Shown here: positions 20,465-28,326 of the stretch, piece after piece
Numbering within the stretch: the stretch's first letter is position 1
Layout: every line of letters starts with the position of its first letter
DNA from: a virus
Length of the DNA stretch: 64,000 nt
IMG/VR virus record: IMGVR_UViG_3300021960_000030
Location: 32,001-96,000 of that record
Direction: 5' to 3' (one strand)
Program-made: the position numbers and the translations under genes
The notes under the pieces: generated by a model
What the model was told of the DNA's origin: nothing
Databases searched by the model: none
Seen by the model: the letters and a program-made list of their open reading frames with translations, nothing else

Positions 20465-20626
20465 TTATCGGTAATCAGCGCAAACTTCATCATAGGATGC
20501 GCCAACTGGGATTTGTTTGCAGAATCGTTCTAACTTAGCGTCCTGCAGTTGTGAGACTGCCTCTATAGCACGGAGACCCATGATTCCACCACAAAGTAGA
20601 ACGATTGCAACGAGAATAAGACGCAT
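20465..20626 (-). CDS. Small protein with an N-terminal hydrophobic segment (53 aa)
   Basis: Hand translation MRLILVAIVLLCGGIMGLRAIEAV... Confidence 0.6.
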   Translation of the reverse strand: MRLILVAIVLLCGGIMGLRAIEAVSQLQDAKLERFCKQIPVGASYDEVCADYR

Positions 20627-20634
20627 GATGTTAA

Positions 20635-20814
20635 TCAGAGACCGTTGATAAAGTCAGCGAGTGCCTCATCGTACTCTGCTTTAGTGTTAAAAACACGACC
20701 GTGAATCTCACGGGGATAGGTAGCATCAACACCGACACTTGCTACCATCTGGCAGTCAGCGACATCGTAACCCATTTCAACGAGAGTAGCAACGTAGGGA
20801 TTGGAGATTGTCAT
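20635..20814 (-). CDS. Small hypothetical protein (59 aa)
   Basis: Hand translation MTISNPYVATLVEMGYDVADCQ...EALADFINGL. Confidence 0.7.
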   Translation of the reverse strand: MTISNPYVATLVEMGYDVADCQMVASVGVDATYPREIHGRVFNTKAEYDEALADFINGL

Positions 20815-20846
20815 TTGTTTGTGTTAGTTAGTTGGAAAAGATTGAA

Positions 20847-21119
20847 TCAGTAACGAGAATCACCTGCGATGATTTCATCATCCAGTTCTGCATCAAAAGC
20901 AGCAGATTGCCAGTTAAAGTAGAACAAATCCCATGCAGCATTGTCACAAACAAAGGAGTGACAATCTGCCTGATCACATACCCAATCGTATGCCATATCA
21001 CAATCGGCGTTGTTATCGATGGTGAAAGATTGCAGACCTTCGATTGCACCCAGGAACGCAGGATCCTCAACCAGGGAGACGTGCGCCTTGCCAGTTTCGG
21101 GGTCGTGGATGAGAGTCAT
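20847..21119 (-). CDS. Hypothetical protein
   Basis: ORF track 20847..21155. Start moved to the ATG downstream of the promoter -10. Confidence 0.7.
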   Translation of the reverse strand: MTLIHDPETGKAHVSLVEDPAFLGAIEGLQSFTIDNNADCDMAYDWVCDQADCHSFVCDNAAWDLFYFNWQSAAFDAELDDEIIAGDSRY

Positions 21120-21144
21120 GAGTCGTTTCGTTTGGTGTCCCCTT

Positions 21145-21203
21145 ATTATAGGCATGGGGTTGGGCGGTTTCGGGGGTGGAGTGGACAGTTAACACATTGT
21201 CCC
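21145..21203 (-). promoter_or_regulatory. Early promoter cassette copy 2: GGGACAAT-N7-CTGTCCAC-N30-TATAAT
   Basis: Repeated element. Confidence 0.75.
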
Positions 21204-21225
21204 CCATGTGTTAAGAATGTTGGAT

Positions 21226-21507
21226 TTATTTAACACATGCTGCGGAGAGGTTTGCTACCTTGAAGCGTGCAATCTCATCGGGGGTGTTATCAACCAGCAC
21301 AGGAGTGTCGTTGAAACTGATACGAACGATGGAAGGATTCATTTCCTGCCACTCACGCAAAGTGAGGCGACGAACATCACCCGAATCAGGAAAAGAGGTC
21401 AGTTTCTTGATAGTTTTGAACTCGCTGGCAGTGGTATCATCAGCGAAGAAATACTTCAGTTCCCGACGATACGTTGCAGTCGTGATTGCGTTGGGAAGGA
21501 GTTGCAT
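21226..21507 (-). CDS. Hypothetical protein (MQLLPNAITT...)
   Basis: ORF track 21226..21624. Start moved to the ATG downstream of the promoter. Confidence 0.7.
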   Translation of the reverse strand: MQLLPNAITTATYRRELKYFFADDTTASEFKTIKKLTSFPDSGDVRRLTLREWQEMNPSIVRISFNDTPVLVDNTPDEIARFKVANLSAACVK

Positions 21508-21532
21508 TTGATTGCGTTTCTTTGACTCTCTT

Positions 21533-21590
21533 AGAATACACGCTTTTGGGCGCTTGTGCGGGTTTGGTGGACAGTTTGTGGAACTGTCAC
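21533..21590 (-). promoter_or_regulatory. Early promoter cassette copy 3: GTGACAGT-N8-CTGTCCAC-N28-TATTCT
   Basis: Repeated element. Confidence 0.75.
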
Positions 21591-21832
21591 ACCACTCGCT
21601 CAGTGTAGACAGTTTCCTCCACACAATAGTAGAGGGATTCTGATTTTAAGTTGATAAACTGCAGCACTTTCATTGTCAACAATGCGATGCGTTCTTGTCC
21701 ACCATTGCTATACCAGTTGCGTGCACTTTTTGCAGCGTAGGTAACAACACCAATCCAGAATGCAAGGATGGTAGCAATGTGGAACAGCATGTTGTGAATG
21801 AAAGTGAAGTAGTTGTCAGCGAAAGTTTTCAT
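21587..21832 (-). CDS. Small membrane protein
   Basis: One hydrophobic helix (LFHIATILAFWIGVVTYAA). Confidence 0.65.
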   Translation of the reverse strand: MKTFADNYFTFIHNMLFHIATILAFWIGVVTYAAKSARNWYSNGGQERIALLTMKVLQFINLKSESLYYCVEETVYTERVV

Positions 21833-21901
21833 CGGTTGATTGCTTTGAAGAAGAAGATTAGTCCACCAAGAGTCAACAAACCAGTTGCAATCAGTGAAGC
21901 A

Positions 21902-22120
21902 TTAACTACATCCATAGTTCTCCATGTATTCGGTGAGAGTATAACCCTCGTCGTCAGTATTGGTTTCTGCGATTAACTGTTCGAGAGTGTAGTTGTTGAG
22001 ATCCTCACGATACTCTTCTGTCGTTGGATCTACATCAGGATCGAAATCATCATGGCAGAGATAATCCCACTCTGCACACAATGCATCGATGAGTTGTTCT
22101 CTGGTGTATTCAGTAGTCAT
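21902..22120 (-). CDS. Acidic hypothetical protein
   Basis: ORF track. Typical cyanophage early small ORF. Confidence 0.7.
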   Translation of the reverse strand: MTTEYTREQLIDALCAEWDYLCHDDFDPDVDPTTEEYREDLNNYTLEQLIAETNTDDEGYTLTEYMENYGCS

Positions 22121-22322
22121 ACTGATGGAATGTGCAGTTTTGATCGAGTTTGTTCAGTTGTTCGTAGTATTTGAGGAAGATTGTATCAATCGTGCTGTAG
22201 TAGGGTTCGTTAGCACTTGGATACCCACATTCTCGTGCGTTCTCTATAAAATGCAGCAGGCAACTAACTTCTTCATTATCGAACTGAATAGCATTGAAGA
22301 CTTCAGAAACCGAAACTGTCAT
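22110..22322 (-). CDS. Hypothetical protein
   Basis: ORF track. Coupled to its neighbours. Confidence 0.65.
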   Translation of the reverse strand: MTVSVSEVFNAIQFDNEEVSCLLHFIENARECGYPSANEPYYSTIDTIFLKYYEQLNKLDQNCTFHQYDY

Positions 22323-22444
22323 TTGTTGTAAGGAGAGTTGAAGAAACGACGGAAAGCAGTAACAACAATGATAAACGCCGAAACAACACCAACCAAACCA
22401 AGGTAGGTAACAGCATCGCCAGTGAAAGTGTAAGTGTCAGGCAT
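22319..22444 (-). CDS. Small single-TM protein (41 aa)
   Basis: Hand translation MPDTYTFTGDAVTYLGLVGVVSAFIIVVTAFRRFFNSPYNK. Confidence 0.65.
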   Translation of the reverse strand: MPDTYTFTGDAVTYLGLVGVVSAFIIVVTAFRRFFNSPYNK

Positions 22445-22710
22445 CAATCAAAAACAGGGAGTACAGGTGGACGATTTCGGAAAAAGTCACGTCGAACTTC
22501 TTCCATAATCTTTGGAGGAGTGCCATAGTAACCAAGGTGCATCCAGTAACAGTCAATCAATCGAAGATCTTGCTCTCTTCGATTGTCTTCATCGTAGGGA
22601 TCTAGTTGTGTGAAGTGAGCACAATAGACCACAATCTCATGAGGAATCTTATCAACAGCGAACCCCACAGATGGGGGTTGCTGGATATAAATGGGGACAG
22701 TCATCAGCAC
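22444..22710 (-). CDS. Hypothetical protein
   Basis: ORF track. Confidence 0.65.
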   Translation of the reverse strand: MLMTVPIYIQQPPSVGFAVDKIPHEIVVYCAHFTQLDPYDEDNRREQDLRLIDCYWMHLGYYGTPPKIMEEVRRDFFRNRPPVLPVFD

Positions 22711-22943
22711 ATCACAGGAGAATAGTCAGAACCGTTGTATGCACGGAGGTTGAAGTCAACAACCTGAGCACCGTTAGCAATAAGATTGCGGATGTCGTAG
22801 AGTGCGTCAGTCTTAACAACAGTGGAGAAAGAGGTCATCTCAGACTCAGCACCAGGATGCCAGATCACACGCTTAACAAAACGCTTTGCAGCAGGACTGC
22901 AAGGGTAGAAGTCAACTTGAGTGGCAGAGTTGGTCAGTTGCAT
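22704..22943 (-). CDS. Hypothetical protein
   Basis: ORF track. First gene after a promoter cassette. Confidence 0.75.
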   Translation of the reverse strand: MQLTNSATQVDFYPCSPAAKRFVKRVIWHPGAESEMTSFSTVVKTDALYDIRNLIANGAQVVDFNLRAYNGSDYSPVMC

Positions 22944-22969
22944 GTGGTGGGTGTTCCTTTGACTCTTTT

Positions 22970-23027
22970 AATATACAGGAGATTGGGGGTCTGTGCTGGT
23001 CTAGTGGACGCTTTGACCAAGTGGCAC
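22970..23027 (-). promoter_or_regulatory. Early promoter cassette copy 4: GTGCCACT-N8-GCGTCCAC-N28-TATATT
   Basis: Repeated element. Its spacer shares GCACAGACCCCC with copy 1. Confidence 0.75.
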
Positions 23028-23028
23028 A

Positions 23029-23232
23029 TCAGTCACCTGAGAGGTGCCCCGACTGCTGCAGCATGGCGACCTCACGATCCCAGGCAGCATTGTTCTCTTT
23101 ACATTGGCGAATAAACTCAGGATCATTTGCCATTGCTTCGGCAGCAGATTCGAGATCTTGGATGTTACCATCCCACATGATATTTCTGGATTGATTGTAC
23201 TGGTTGAACCAGTGAGAGTCATACTTAGGCAT
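23029..23232 (-). CDS. Hypothetical protein (MPKYDSHWF...)
   Basis: ORF track 23029..23274. The internal ATG after the promoter is preferred. Confidence 0.65.
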   Translation of the reverse strand: MPKYDSHWFNQYNQSRNIMWDGNIQDLESAAEAMANDPEFIRQCKENNAAWDREVAMLQQSGHLSGD

Positions 23233-23248
23233 TTCCCTCACCTCAGAT

Positions 23249-23306
23249 ACAATACACCCCTGAGACCCTTCCACAAGCGCCTGTAGGACGGTTCAAAGAC
23301 TGTCCT
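23249..23306 (-). promoter_or_regulatory. Early promoter cassette copy 5 (variant): AGGACAGT-N7-CCGTCCTA-N29-TATTGT
   Basis: Variant palindrome with the same geometry. Confidence 0.55.
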
Positions 23307-23342
23307 AGGGGCATAGGGGGTCTAGGGGTCAAATAGACTATT

Positions 23343-23588
23343 CTAACCTGCTGCAATGTCATCTACCTCAAAGAACCTAACTACTTCCTCATAAGGTATA
23401 TCAATGTCACTGGTTTCAGTGATCGATTGATGCATCATCCACTCACGATAAGTGCCAATCCTATCAATCGTGTCCCACACTTCCGTCGTGAGATCATCAT
23501 TGGCGTAACTCTCAGTCTCCAGGTGATATGATGCGAGTGCATCCATGATGATGTTGAGTTGACGGATTGTGAGACGTTTGGGTGTCAT
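23343..23588 (-). CDS. Hypothetical protein
   Basis: ORF track. Confidence 0.65.
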   Translation of the reverse strand: MTPKRLTIRQLNIIMDALASYHLETESYANDDLTTEVWDTIDRIGTYREWMMHQSITETSDIDIPYEEVVRFFEVDDIAAG

Positions 23589-23800
23589 AGTGATTGATTC
23601 TGATAGTGCAAATGTGAGTCATTCACTGAGAGATTAGGATCATGATCACTGAAGATGCAAATGATTGCATCATCATTCTCTACTGTGACACGCTCACGTT
23701 TTTCATGATAGAGATTATATGCGAACTCTCTCGCATAGTCAATATCATCGAAGTCCCATGTTTGTTCTACTGGGCGCTTCTGTCGTACTGTTATTGCCAT
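23585..23800 (-). CDS. Hypothetical protein
   Basis: ORF track. Confidence 0.65.
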   Translation of the reverse strand: MAITVRQKRPVEQTWDFDDIDYAREFAYNLYHEKRERVTVENDDAIICIFSDHDPNLSVNDSHLHYQNQSL

Positions 23801-23945
23801 GGATCTTTGATTACTAACTCGTGTGCTGCTTGTTGTCTAATCTTGGATGCAACGTAACGTTCATCCTCTGAACCCCATTTCCATCCCATAAACACACCAA
23901 CCTTAAATCCAATCGCAAATCCGAGTGCAAATGTGAGTGATGGAA

Positions 23946-24206
23946 TCACAGTTCATCTTCCTCAATGATGTCAGAGTAATCTACACCATGTTCATCTAGA
24001 ACTCTCTTGGCATGAGATGTAATCATGTCGATGAAGTCTTGCTCAGTGAAGTCATTGAAGATAGACCAACGTTCATCATTAGGGTCCCACTCTATTTGTA
24101 GAGTGCCATCCTCATTTTCGCTTACCCTTAGACCGTCGTCCTCGGATGTTAGTGCTGGTGCTAAATCCTCCTTCGGATTCTGGTCTGGGGTCAATGACTT
24201 CGACAT
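23946..24206 (-). CDS. Acidic hypothetical protein
   Basis: ORF track. Confidence 0.65.
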   Translation of the reverse strand: MSKSLTPDQNPKEDLAPALTSEDDGLRVSENEDGTLQIEWDPNDERWSIFNDFTEQDFIDMITSHAKRVLDEHGVDYSDIIEEDEL

Positions 24207-24351
24207 GGCAAATGTACTGTGAAAAGTTCCAATAAACTGTCAGGACTTCATCGTATGAATGAAACACTTTACAGGTGTCATCCTTGCACCATACTTTATA
24301 CCAATGGCGATCATATGGTGCTTCAGATGTGACTGTAAAGTGTTGGGTCAT
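24112..24351 (-). CDS. Hypothetical protein
   Basis: TSEAPYDRHWYKV is a recurrent cyanophage small-ORF motif. Confidence 0.6.
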   Translation of the reverse strand: MTQHFTVTSEAPYDRHWYKVWCKDDTCKVFHSYDEVLTVYWNFSQYICHVEVIDPRPESEGGFSTSTNIRGRRSKGKRK

Positions 24352-24578
24352 TAGTCAAACATTTCGTTGCGTTTCTGACAGAGAAAGTCTAGCACAATCT
24401 CTCGCCATTCCATCAACTCATAGAAACACTCTTGATTGTGTGCACATTGACGGAGTTCATGGTCTGGTTTGAGAACTGACTCATAGAATAAACCCCACCC
24501 ATCACGCATTTTCTGGGTTTTGATAGGATCCATCTCTTCATGCATTTCAAATGTTGCAAACTTGTAGTATTTAAGCAT
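24351..24578 (-). CDS. Hypothetical protein
   Basis: FYESVLKPDHELRQCAHNQECFYELMEWR is a recurrent cyanophage family. Confidence 0.7.
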   Translation of the reverse strand: MLKYYKFATFEMHEEMDPIKTQKMRDGWGLFYESVLKPDHELRQCAHNQECFYELMEWREIVLDFLCQKRNEMFD

Positions 24579-24583
24579 AAAAG

Positions 24584-24617
24584 TGAGGAAATCCTTACGT
24601 CTTTAAGGATTTCCTCA
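24584..24617. terminator. Perfect 14-bp inverted repeat, probable terminator
   Basis: TGAGGAAATCCTTA-cgtctt-TAAGGATTTCCTCA in an intergenic gap. Confidence 0.65.
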
Positions 24618-24628
24618 TATTTACTTAA

Positions 24629-24811
24629 TCAAACTTCTTGAAACTTACCGTTCTTCCATTGTGCAAACTCGGGGTTGACTACATACCGTCCCTCTACAGG
24701 AGACCACAGAATCGGGTTGGGTTGAGCAACATTTTCGGCGTTGCGAATAGCATTACGGGATTGTGCAACCAGTTCCTCGATAGTGTAACGAGCGGGGCGA
24801 ACTCCGTACAT
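24629..24811 (-). CDS. Hypothetical protein (MYGVRPARYTIEELV...)
   Basis: ORF track 24629..24934. Start moved to the ATG downstream of the promoter. Confidence 0.65.
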   Translation of the reverse strand: MYGVRPARYTIEELVAQSRNAIRNAENVAQPNPILWSPVEGRYVVNPEFAQWKNGKFQEV

Positions 24812-24833
24812 TTGGTGTCTTTGTTTGGTACCC

Positions 24834-25403
24834 TCATAGTATAGGCACAGGATTGCGGAGATCCAGGGGATCGTGGACAGCAAGTGGACTGGCACACTTC
24901 CAGACGTACCCGAGACTGTATCGAATAGGTTCACTCACAGGAGGGCAACCTTGATGCCATATTGTACTGTCAAACAGCACTAATCGCCCTGGTTTGCACT
25001 CAACATGCATAGTTTCACCCTGTTCAGTATAAAACAGAGTGTCACCATCGCCTCTGATGTAATACAGACCACTGATTCTGTCGCTTCCCTTTAGAACATC
25101 CCAATCCGTGTGACTTTGGGCGTTCTGCCCAGGCGTCTGCACGTTCAGCAGGCAGCGATCAAGTTTTTGGATTCTATAATCCAACAGGATGTCATTGCAC
25201 ACTACCATATGCAAATAGTCCACAAACCAATGAGGAGCAATGGGTGCAATCCATCGCTCCTCATCGATAAGCAACTGACCAAAGAACCGACTCACTTCAT
25301 ACTGACCGTAGGGTGAGTTGGTATAGGTTACAGGTATAAGTTGAAACTCTTCTGCATTCTTATTCACCATCCATTGTGGGAAATAGTTATCAACTATCAA
25401 CAT
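24834..25403 (-). CDS. 2OG-Fe(II) oxygenase
   Basis: SHTD...GDTLFY...KPGRLVLFDSTIWHQG..P...RYSL. Confidence 0.85.
   Translation of the reverse strand: MLIVDNYFPQWMVNKNAEEFQLIPVTYTNSPYGQYEVSRFFGQLLIDEERWIAPIAPHWFVDYLHMVVCNDILLDYRIQKLDRCLLNVQTPGQNAQSHTDWDVLKGSDRISGLYYIRGDGDTLFYTEQGETMHVECKPGRLVLFDSTIWHQGCPPVSEPIRYSLGYVWKCASPLAVHDPLDLRNPVPIL
24838..24895 (-). promoter_or_regulatory. Early promoter cassette copy 6: GTGCCAGT-N7-CTGTCCAC-N29-TATACT
   Basis: Repeated element embedded in the 3' end of the oxygenase gene. Confidence 0.75.
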
Positions 25404-25905
25404 GTTGAATACGTTCAGAAATAACCTTAATCATGATAGCACGGATCTCTTCAGGGGCAAAACCTTGAGTGTTAAAGAAGCACGAGTTGCTACCAGCATT
25501 ATATGTATCAAACCCATCAAGGTGTGCAACGTTGAGTGCCTTACCGATCACACCATCAGAGTATGCACCCTCACCGATTGCAAAGGTGACGTATGACACA
25601 TCAGGGTTAATCTTGCGGCAGATGTAGTTGTTCTTGAACCAGCGTTCGATAGCATTACCAGCATCTTGCTGCTTCTTACCTTCAAACACTGCGATCAGTT
25701 TGCCCTTGTAGAACCATGCACCACCATCAGGTTCGCAGGCACCTTTACCACCAGGGATCTGATTCTTCTTCAACTTCTTCTGCAATGTCACACCAGTATA
25801 TTGCAGAACGTCTGCAATCTCTTCCTTGATGACTTTACATTGGTTGTCAAGTTTGCGAGCATGTGCATCAGTAGCAACCATGCCTTTCTGAATGCCGCCT
25901 GCCAT
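25390..25905 (-). CDS. EcoRI-family type II restriction-like endonuclease (orphan, ~171 aa)
   Basis: Catalytic PDGG...EGK (PD-(D/E)xK), followed by AGNAIERWFKN and YVTF..GEG, matches EcoRI PDGG/EAK/AGNAIERSHKN/YVLFLEG. The ORF track start is 25968. ATG 25905 lies downstream of the -10. Confidence 0.8.
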   Translation of the reverse strand: MAGGIQKGMVATDAHARKLDNQCKVIKEEIADVLQYTGVTLQKKLKKNQIPGGKGACEPDGGAWFYKGKLIAVFEGKKQQDAGNAIERWFKNNYICRKINPDVSYVTFAIGEGAYSDGVIGKALNVAHLDGFDTYNAGSNSCFFNTQGFAPEEIRAIMIKVISERIQHVDS

Positions 25906-25930
25906 TGTCTTGTGTCGTTTGGACTTCTTC

Positions 25931-25990
25931 ATTATACACACAGAAAAGGGGCGGTGGTGCCGCCCCATGTGGAGGTTGATGGACTGTCAC
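25931..25990 (-). promoter_or_regulatory. Early promoter cassette copy 7 (GTGACAGT-N7-CCTCCACA ... TATAAT) driving the nuclease
   Basis: Left half-site at 25983-25990 and perfect TATAAT at 25931-25936. Confidence 0.7.
25943..25966 (-). terminator. Rho-independent terminator inside the promoter spacer
   Basis: GGGGCGG-CACCA-CCGCCCC followed by TTT(C)T on the minus strand, just after the lysozyme stop. Confidence 0.65.
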
Positions 25991-26478
25991 ATTGTATATT
26001 TCAGTTTCATCTTTCGATGGTATTGATATGCAAAGTGGGTTCGATTGCCATGGATACCCCAACCCAACCAGGGATAAGAATCACGCACATATTGTGGGAT
26101 TGTTTTCCCTGGGGTTTTCATCCTAGGCAGAATGCCTTGGAACTGCTGCTCATTGTAGAGATAACGGAGTTGTCCTTCCAACGAGTCAACATTGCAGGTA
26201 TGCTTATAGCAAAACTTTGCTAGTCCGTTATACCTGTGTATTGTGGTCCATTGAATCAAACCAAATCCACCAGACTTGCATCCATAATATCCTGTGAGTG
26301 CACCACCTTCGCAAACGAGATGATTAAAGTTGCTTTCTTGCTTGATGTTACCCATCAGTGCAGCGAGAGCATTCTTATCCTTGATCCCTTTTTCTTGAAA
26401 GAACGAGAGTGTTCTTTGTTCGGCAGGGGTACAAGTTTCACATTGATATATGGGTGCAGGAGGTTGATCGTAAAGCAT
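25987..26478 (-). CDS. Phage tail-tip-type lysozyme (Phage_lysozyme2-like)
   Basis: AALMGNIKQESNF...GFGLIQWT..R...QLRYL. Confidence 0.8.
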   Translation of the reverse strand: MLYDQPPAPIYQCETCTPAEQRTLSFFQEKGIKDKNALAALMGNIKQESNFNHLVCEGGALTGYYGCKSGGFGLIQWTTIHRYNGLAKFCYKHTCNVDSLEGQLRYLYNEQQFQGILPRMKTPGKTIPQYVRDSYPWLGWGIHGNRTHFAYQYHRKMKLKYTM

Positions 26479-26483
26479 TAGAT

Positions 26484-27722
26484 TTAGACGAGGGACAGAG
26501 GAGGAATGCCTTTCACGAAGATAGCATCAACTACGTTCTGCAGTCGTTTGGTCACTTGCTTACCGTATGTGCGGTGCACAGGGACAGTTACATAACCGAA
26601 AGGTTTCCTGTAAAAGTCAAACTTACCAGGGGTAAGTTCACCGCTGCGAATGCGAGCGGCGTCATCCTTATGTAGACGGATAACACGCCCGATGGTCTGT
26701 GCCATCTCAACAACGTTGAGATTGCGGAGCAGGATGCAGTGAGTCAGTCCAGGAACGTTGATACCTTCAGACAGAATACTGTAGTGGAAGATAACAAACT
26801 TCTTGGTAGGATCGGCACCCCAAGATGTCAGGGTGTTGAAGAACTGCTCACGATTGACTTTCTTATCGTCTACATAGGCACCGAACTTAGAGGTAACGTG
26901 GAGAACATTGTAACCACGATCCTTAAGTTGTTGGAGAAGATCGGTCTGACCGATCATGTTACCTAGCACACGACTAGACGGCACTGCAACAAGAACCTTG
27001 GCAGCATGAGTATCATCGAGATTGTCAATGATGTCCTGCACGGTGTTGCTGTCAACGACATGTGCGTTGACCTTGTTACGAGTATTGTCTGTGGTGAATG
27101 GCACAATCTGGGGAGGGATGATGCTACCGTTGTTGATCAGTTCCGAAGCAGGAACGTTCTCAATGACGGCACCATAGACCTCACGATTGTGCATTCCACG
27201 CTCATGCTTGTGCGAGATGCGAGGAGTAGCAGTGAAGAAGTAGCAACGCTCTGCAACATCAGAGATGGCAAAGGTGCTGGTGAAGAAAGACTTAGCAACA
27301 CTATTGTGTGCCTCGTCAAAGTACACTGCACTGATATTGATGCCTGCATCAACTACACGACCCAGCGAATGATAGGTGGTGAAGATGATGCAGGACTCAC
27401 CTGCTGCACGAGCGGTGTTGTTGAAGAGAGCAATCTTGCTGCTCTTGGTAGAGTGAAAGTAATGGGTTTCACCACTGTGAGCGTGACACACATGCACAGA
27501 CTTGCTGTCAATGAACTGCATGAACTCATCACACAGTTGAGTAGCAAGCAGGATGCGAGGAGCAACAACAACAATCGTAGAAGATTGCTGCAGTTGACAC
27601 AGTGCATCCTGAATCATGATGAAAGTCTTGCCACCGCCAGTAGGGACAATGATTTGACCCTTATCGTTGACTTGCATTGCTGCAAGGGCACGATCTTGGT
27701 GAGGACGAAGAACAACAGTCAT
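26484..27722 (-). CDS. SF2 DEAH-box helicase (ResIII-like)
   Basis: LRPHQ, PTGGGKT, DEAH, TATP, ILSEGINVP and QTIGRVIR motifs. Confidence 0.92.
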   Translation of the reverse strand: MTVVLRPHQDRALAAMQVNDKGQIIVPTGGGKTFIMIQDALCQLQQSSTIVVVAPRILLATQLCDEFMQFIDSKSVHVCHAHSGETHYFHSTKSSKIALFNNTARAAGESCIIFTTYHSLGRVVDAGINISAVYFDEAHNSVAKSFFTSTFAISDVAERCYFFTATPRISHKHERGMHNREVYGAVIENVPASELINNGSIIPPQIVPFTTDNTRNKVNAHVVDSNTVQDIIDNLDDTHAAKVLVAVPSSRVLGNMIGQTDLLQQLKDRGYNVLHVTSKFGAYVDDKKVNREQFFNTLTSWGADPTKKFVIFHYSILSEGINVPGLTHCILLRNLNVVEMAQTIGRVIRLHKDDAARIRSGELTPGKFDFYRKPFGYVTVPVHRTYGKQVTKRLQNVVDAIFVKGIPPLSLV

Positions 27723-27746
27723 GTATGTGGATCGCTCAACAGAAAT

Positions 27747-27804
27747 AATATACTACCACACCTCACCAGTCGGTGAAAACAGGGTGCACTTCGCAAACTG
27801 TCAC
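27747..27804 (-). promoter_or_regulatory. Early promoter cassette copy 8: GTGACAGT-N7-GTGCACCC-N29-TATATT
   Basis: Repeated element upstream of the helicase. Confidence 0.65.
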
Positions 27805-27939
27805 ACCACCCCTCTTGAGGTGCTTTTCCCATTCAATCGCATCAACTAGCGTCAGAAACGTCGCTGTAACTTGCGAAGTATGCCCTTTCTTCTTCTGTCT
27901 CTTCCAAATAACGTTGTATTTCTTCGCGTTTGATGTCAT
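27763..27939 (-). CDS. Small hypothetical protein (58 aa)
   Basis: Hand translation MTSNAKKYNVIWKRQKKKGHTSQVTATFLTLVDAIEWEKHLK... Confidence 0.55.
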   Translation of the reverse strand: MTSNAKKYNVIWKRQKKKGHTSQVTATFLTLVDAIEWEKHLKRGGVTVCEVHPVFTDW

Positions 27940-27990
27940 AAACAGAGGGAAGTTGCTTAGCGTTTGAATGTTGCGGATCTTGTTGGGGAC

Positions 27991-28326
27991 TCATTGGGGG
28001 CGCTCTCCTTCAGGTAGCATATCGTTGCCAGGATGTTCAGGAATGTAACCATGGTATGCTTTGTGATTGTAGAAGTGTGAATCTTCTATTTCAATCTCAT
28101 CCCAATCATGTTGATAGATTAGCAAACAACATTGTGTTGTTGGTTGTCTAGCAGATGGGTCACCGTGTTCATATTCATGAAAACACATTGAGATGTAATC
28201 ATTACAGGTAAAGCAGATGTAACCCTCTAAACCTTTGTACCGAATGGGTGATCCGATCTCAAGTGATTTCAAGATGTTCCTGATCTCCAGGGCAACTGAC
28301 TCTGAGATTAGCAGGGGTGTGGTCAT
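27991..28326 (-). CDS. Hypothetical protein
   Basis: ORF track. Coupled to the oxygenase. Confidence 0.7.
   Translation of the reverse strand: MTTPLLISESVALEIRNILKSLEIGSPIRYKGLEGYICFTCNDYISMCFHEYEHGDPSARQPTTQCCLLIYQHDWDEIEIEDSHFYNHKAYHGYIPEHPGNDMLPEGERPQ

Noticed and set aside
25390-27722. Complete type II/III restriction-modification operon
   Set aside because: No methyltransferase motifs (FxGxG with DPPY/NPPY or PC) in the window, and the helicase lacks a nuclease domain.
20186-27804. CRISPR-like interpretation of the recurring palindrome
   Set aside because: Copies are degenerate, hundreds of bp apart, separated by genes and tied to -10 boxes. No cas genes are present.
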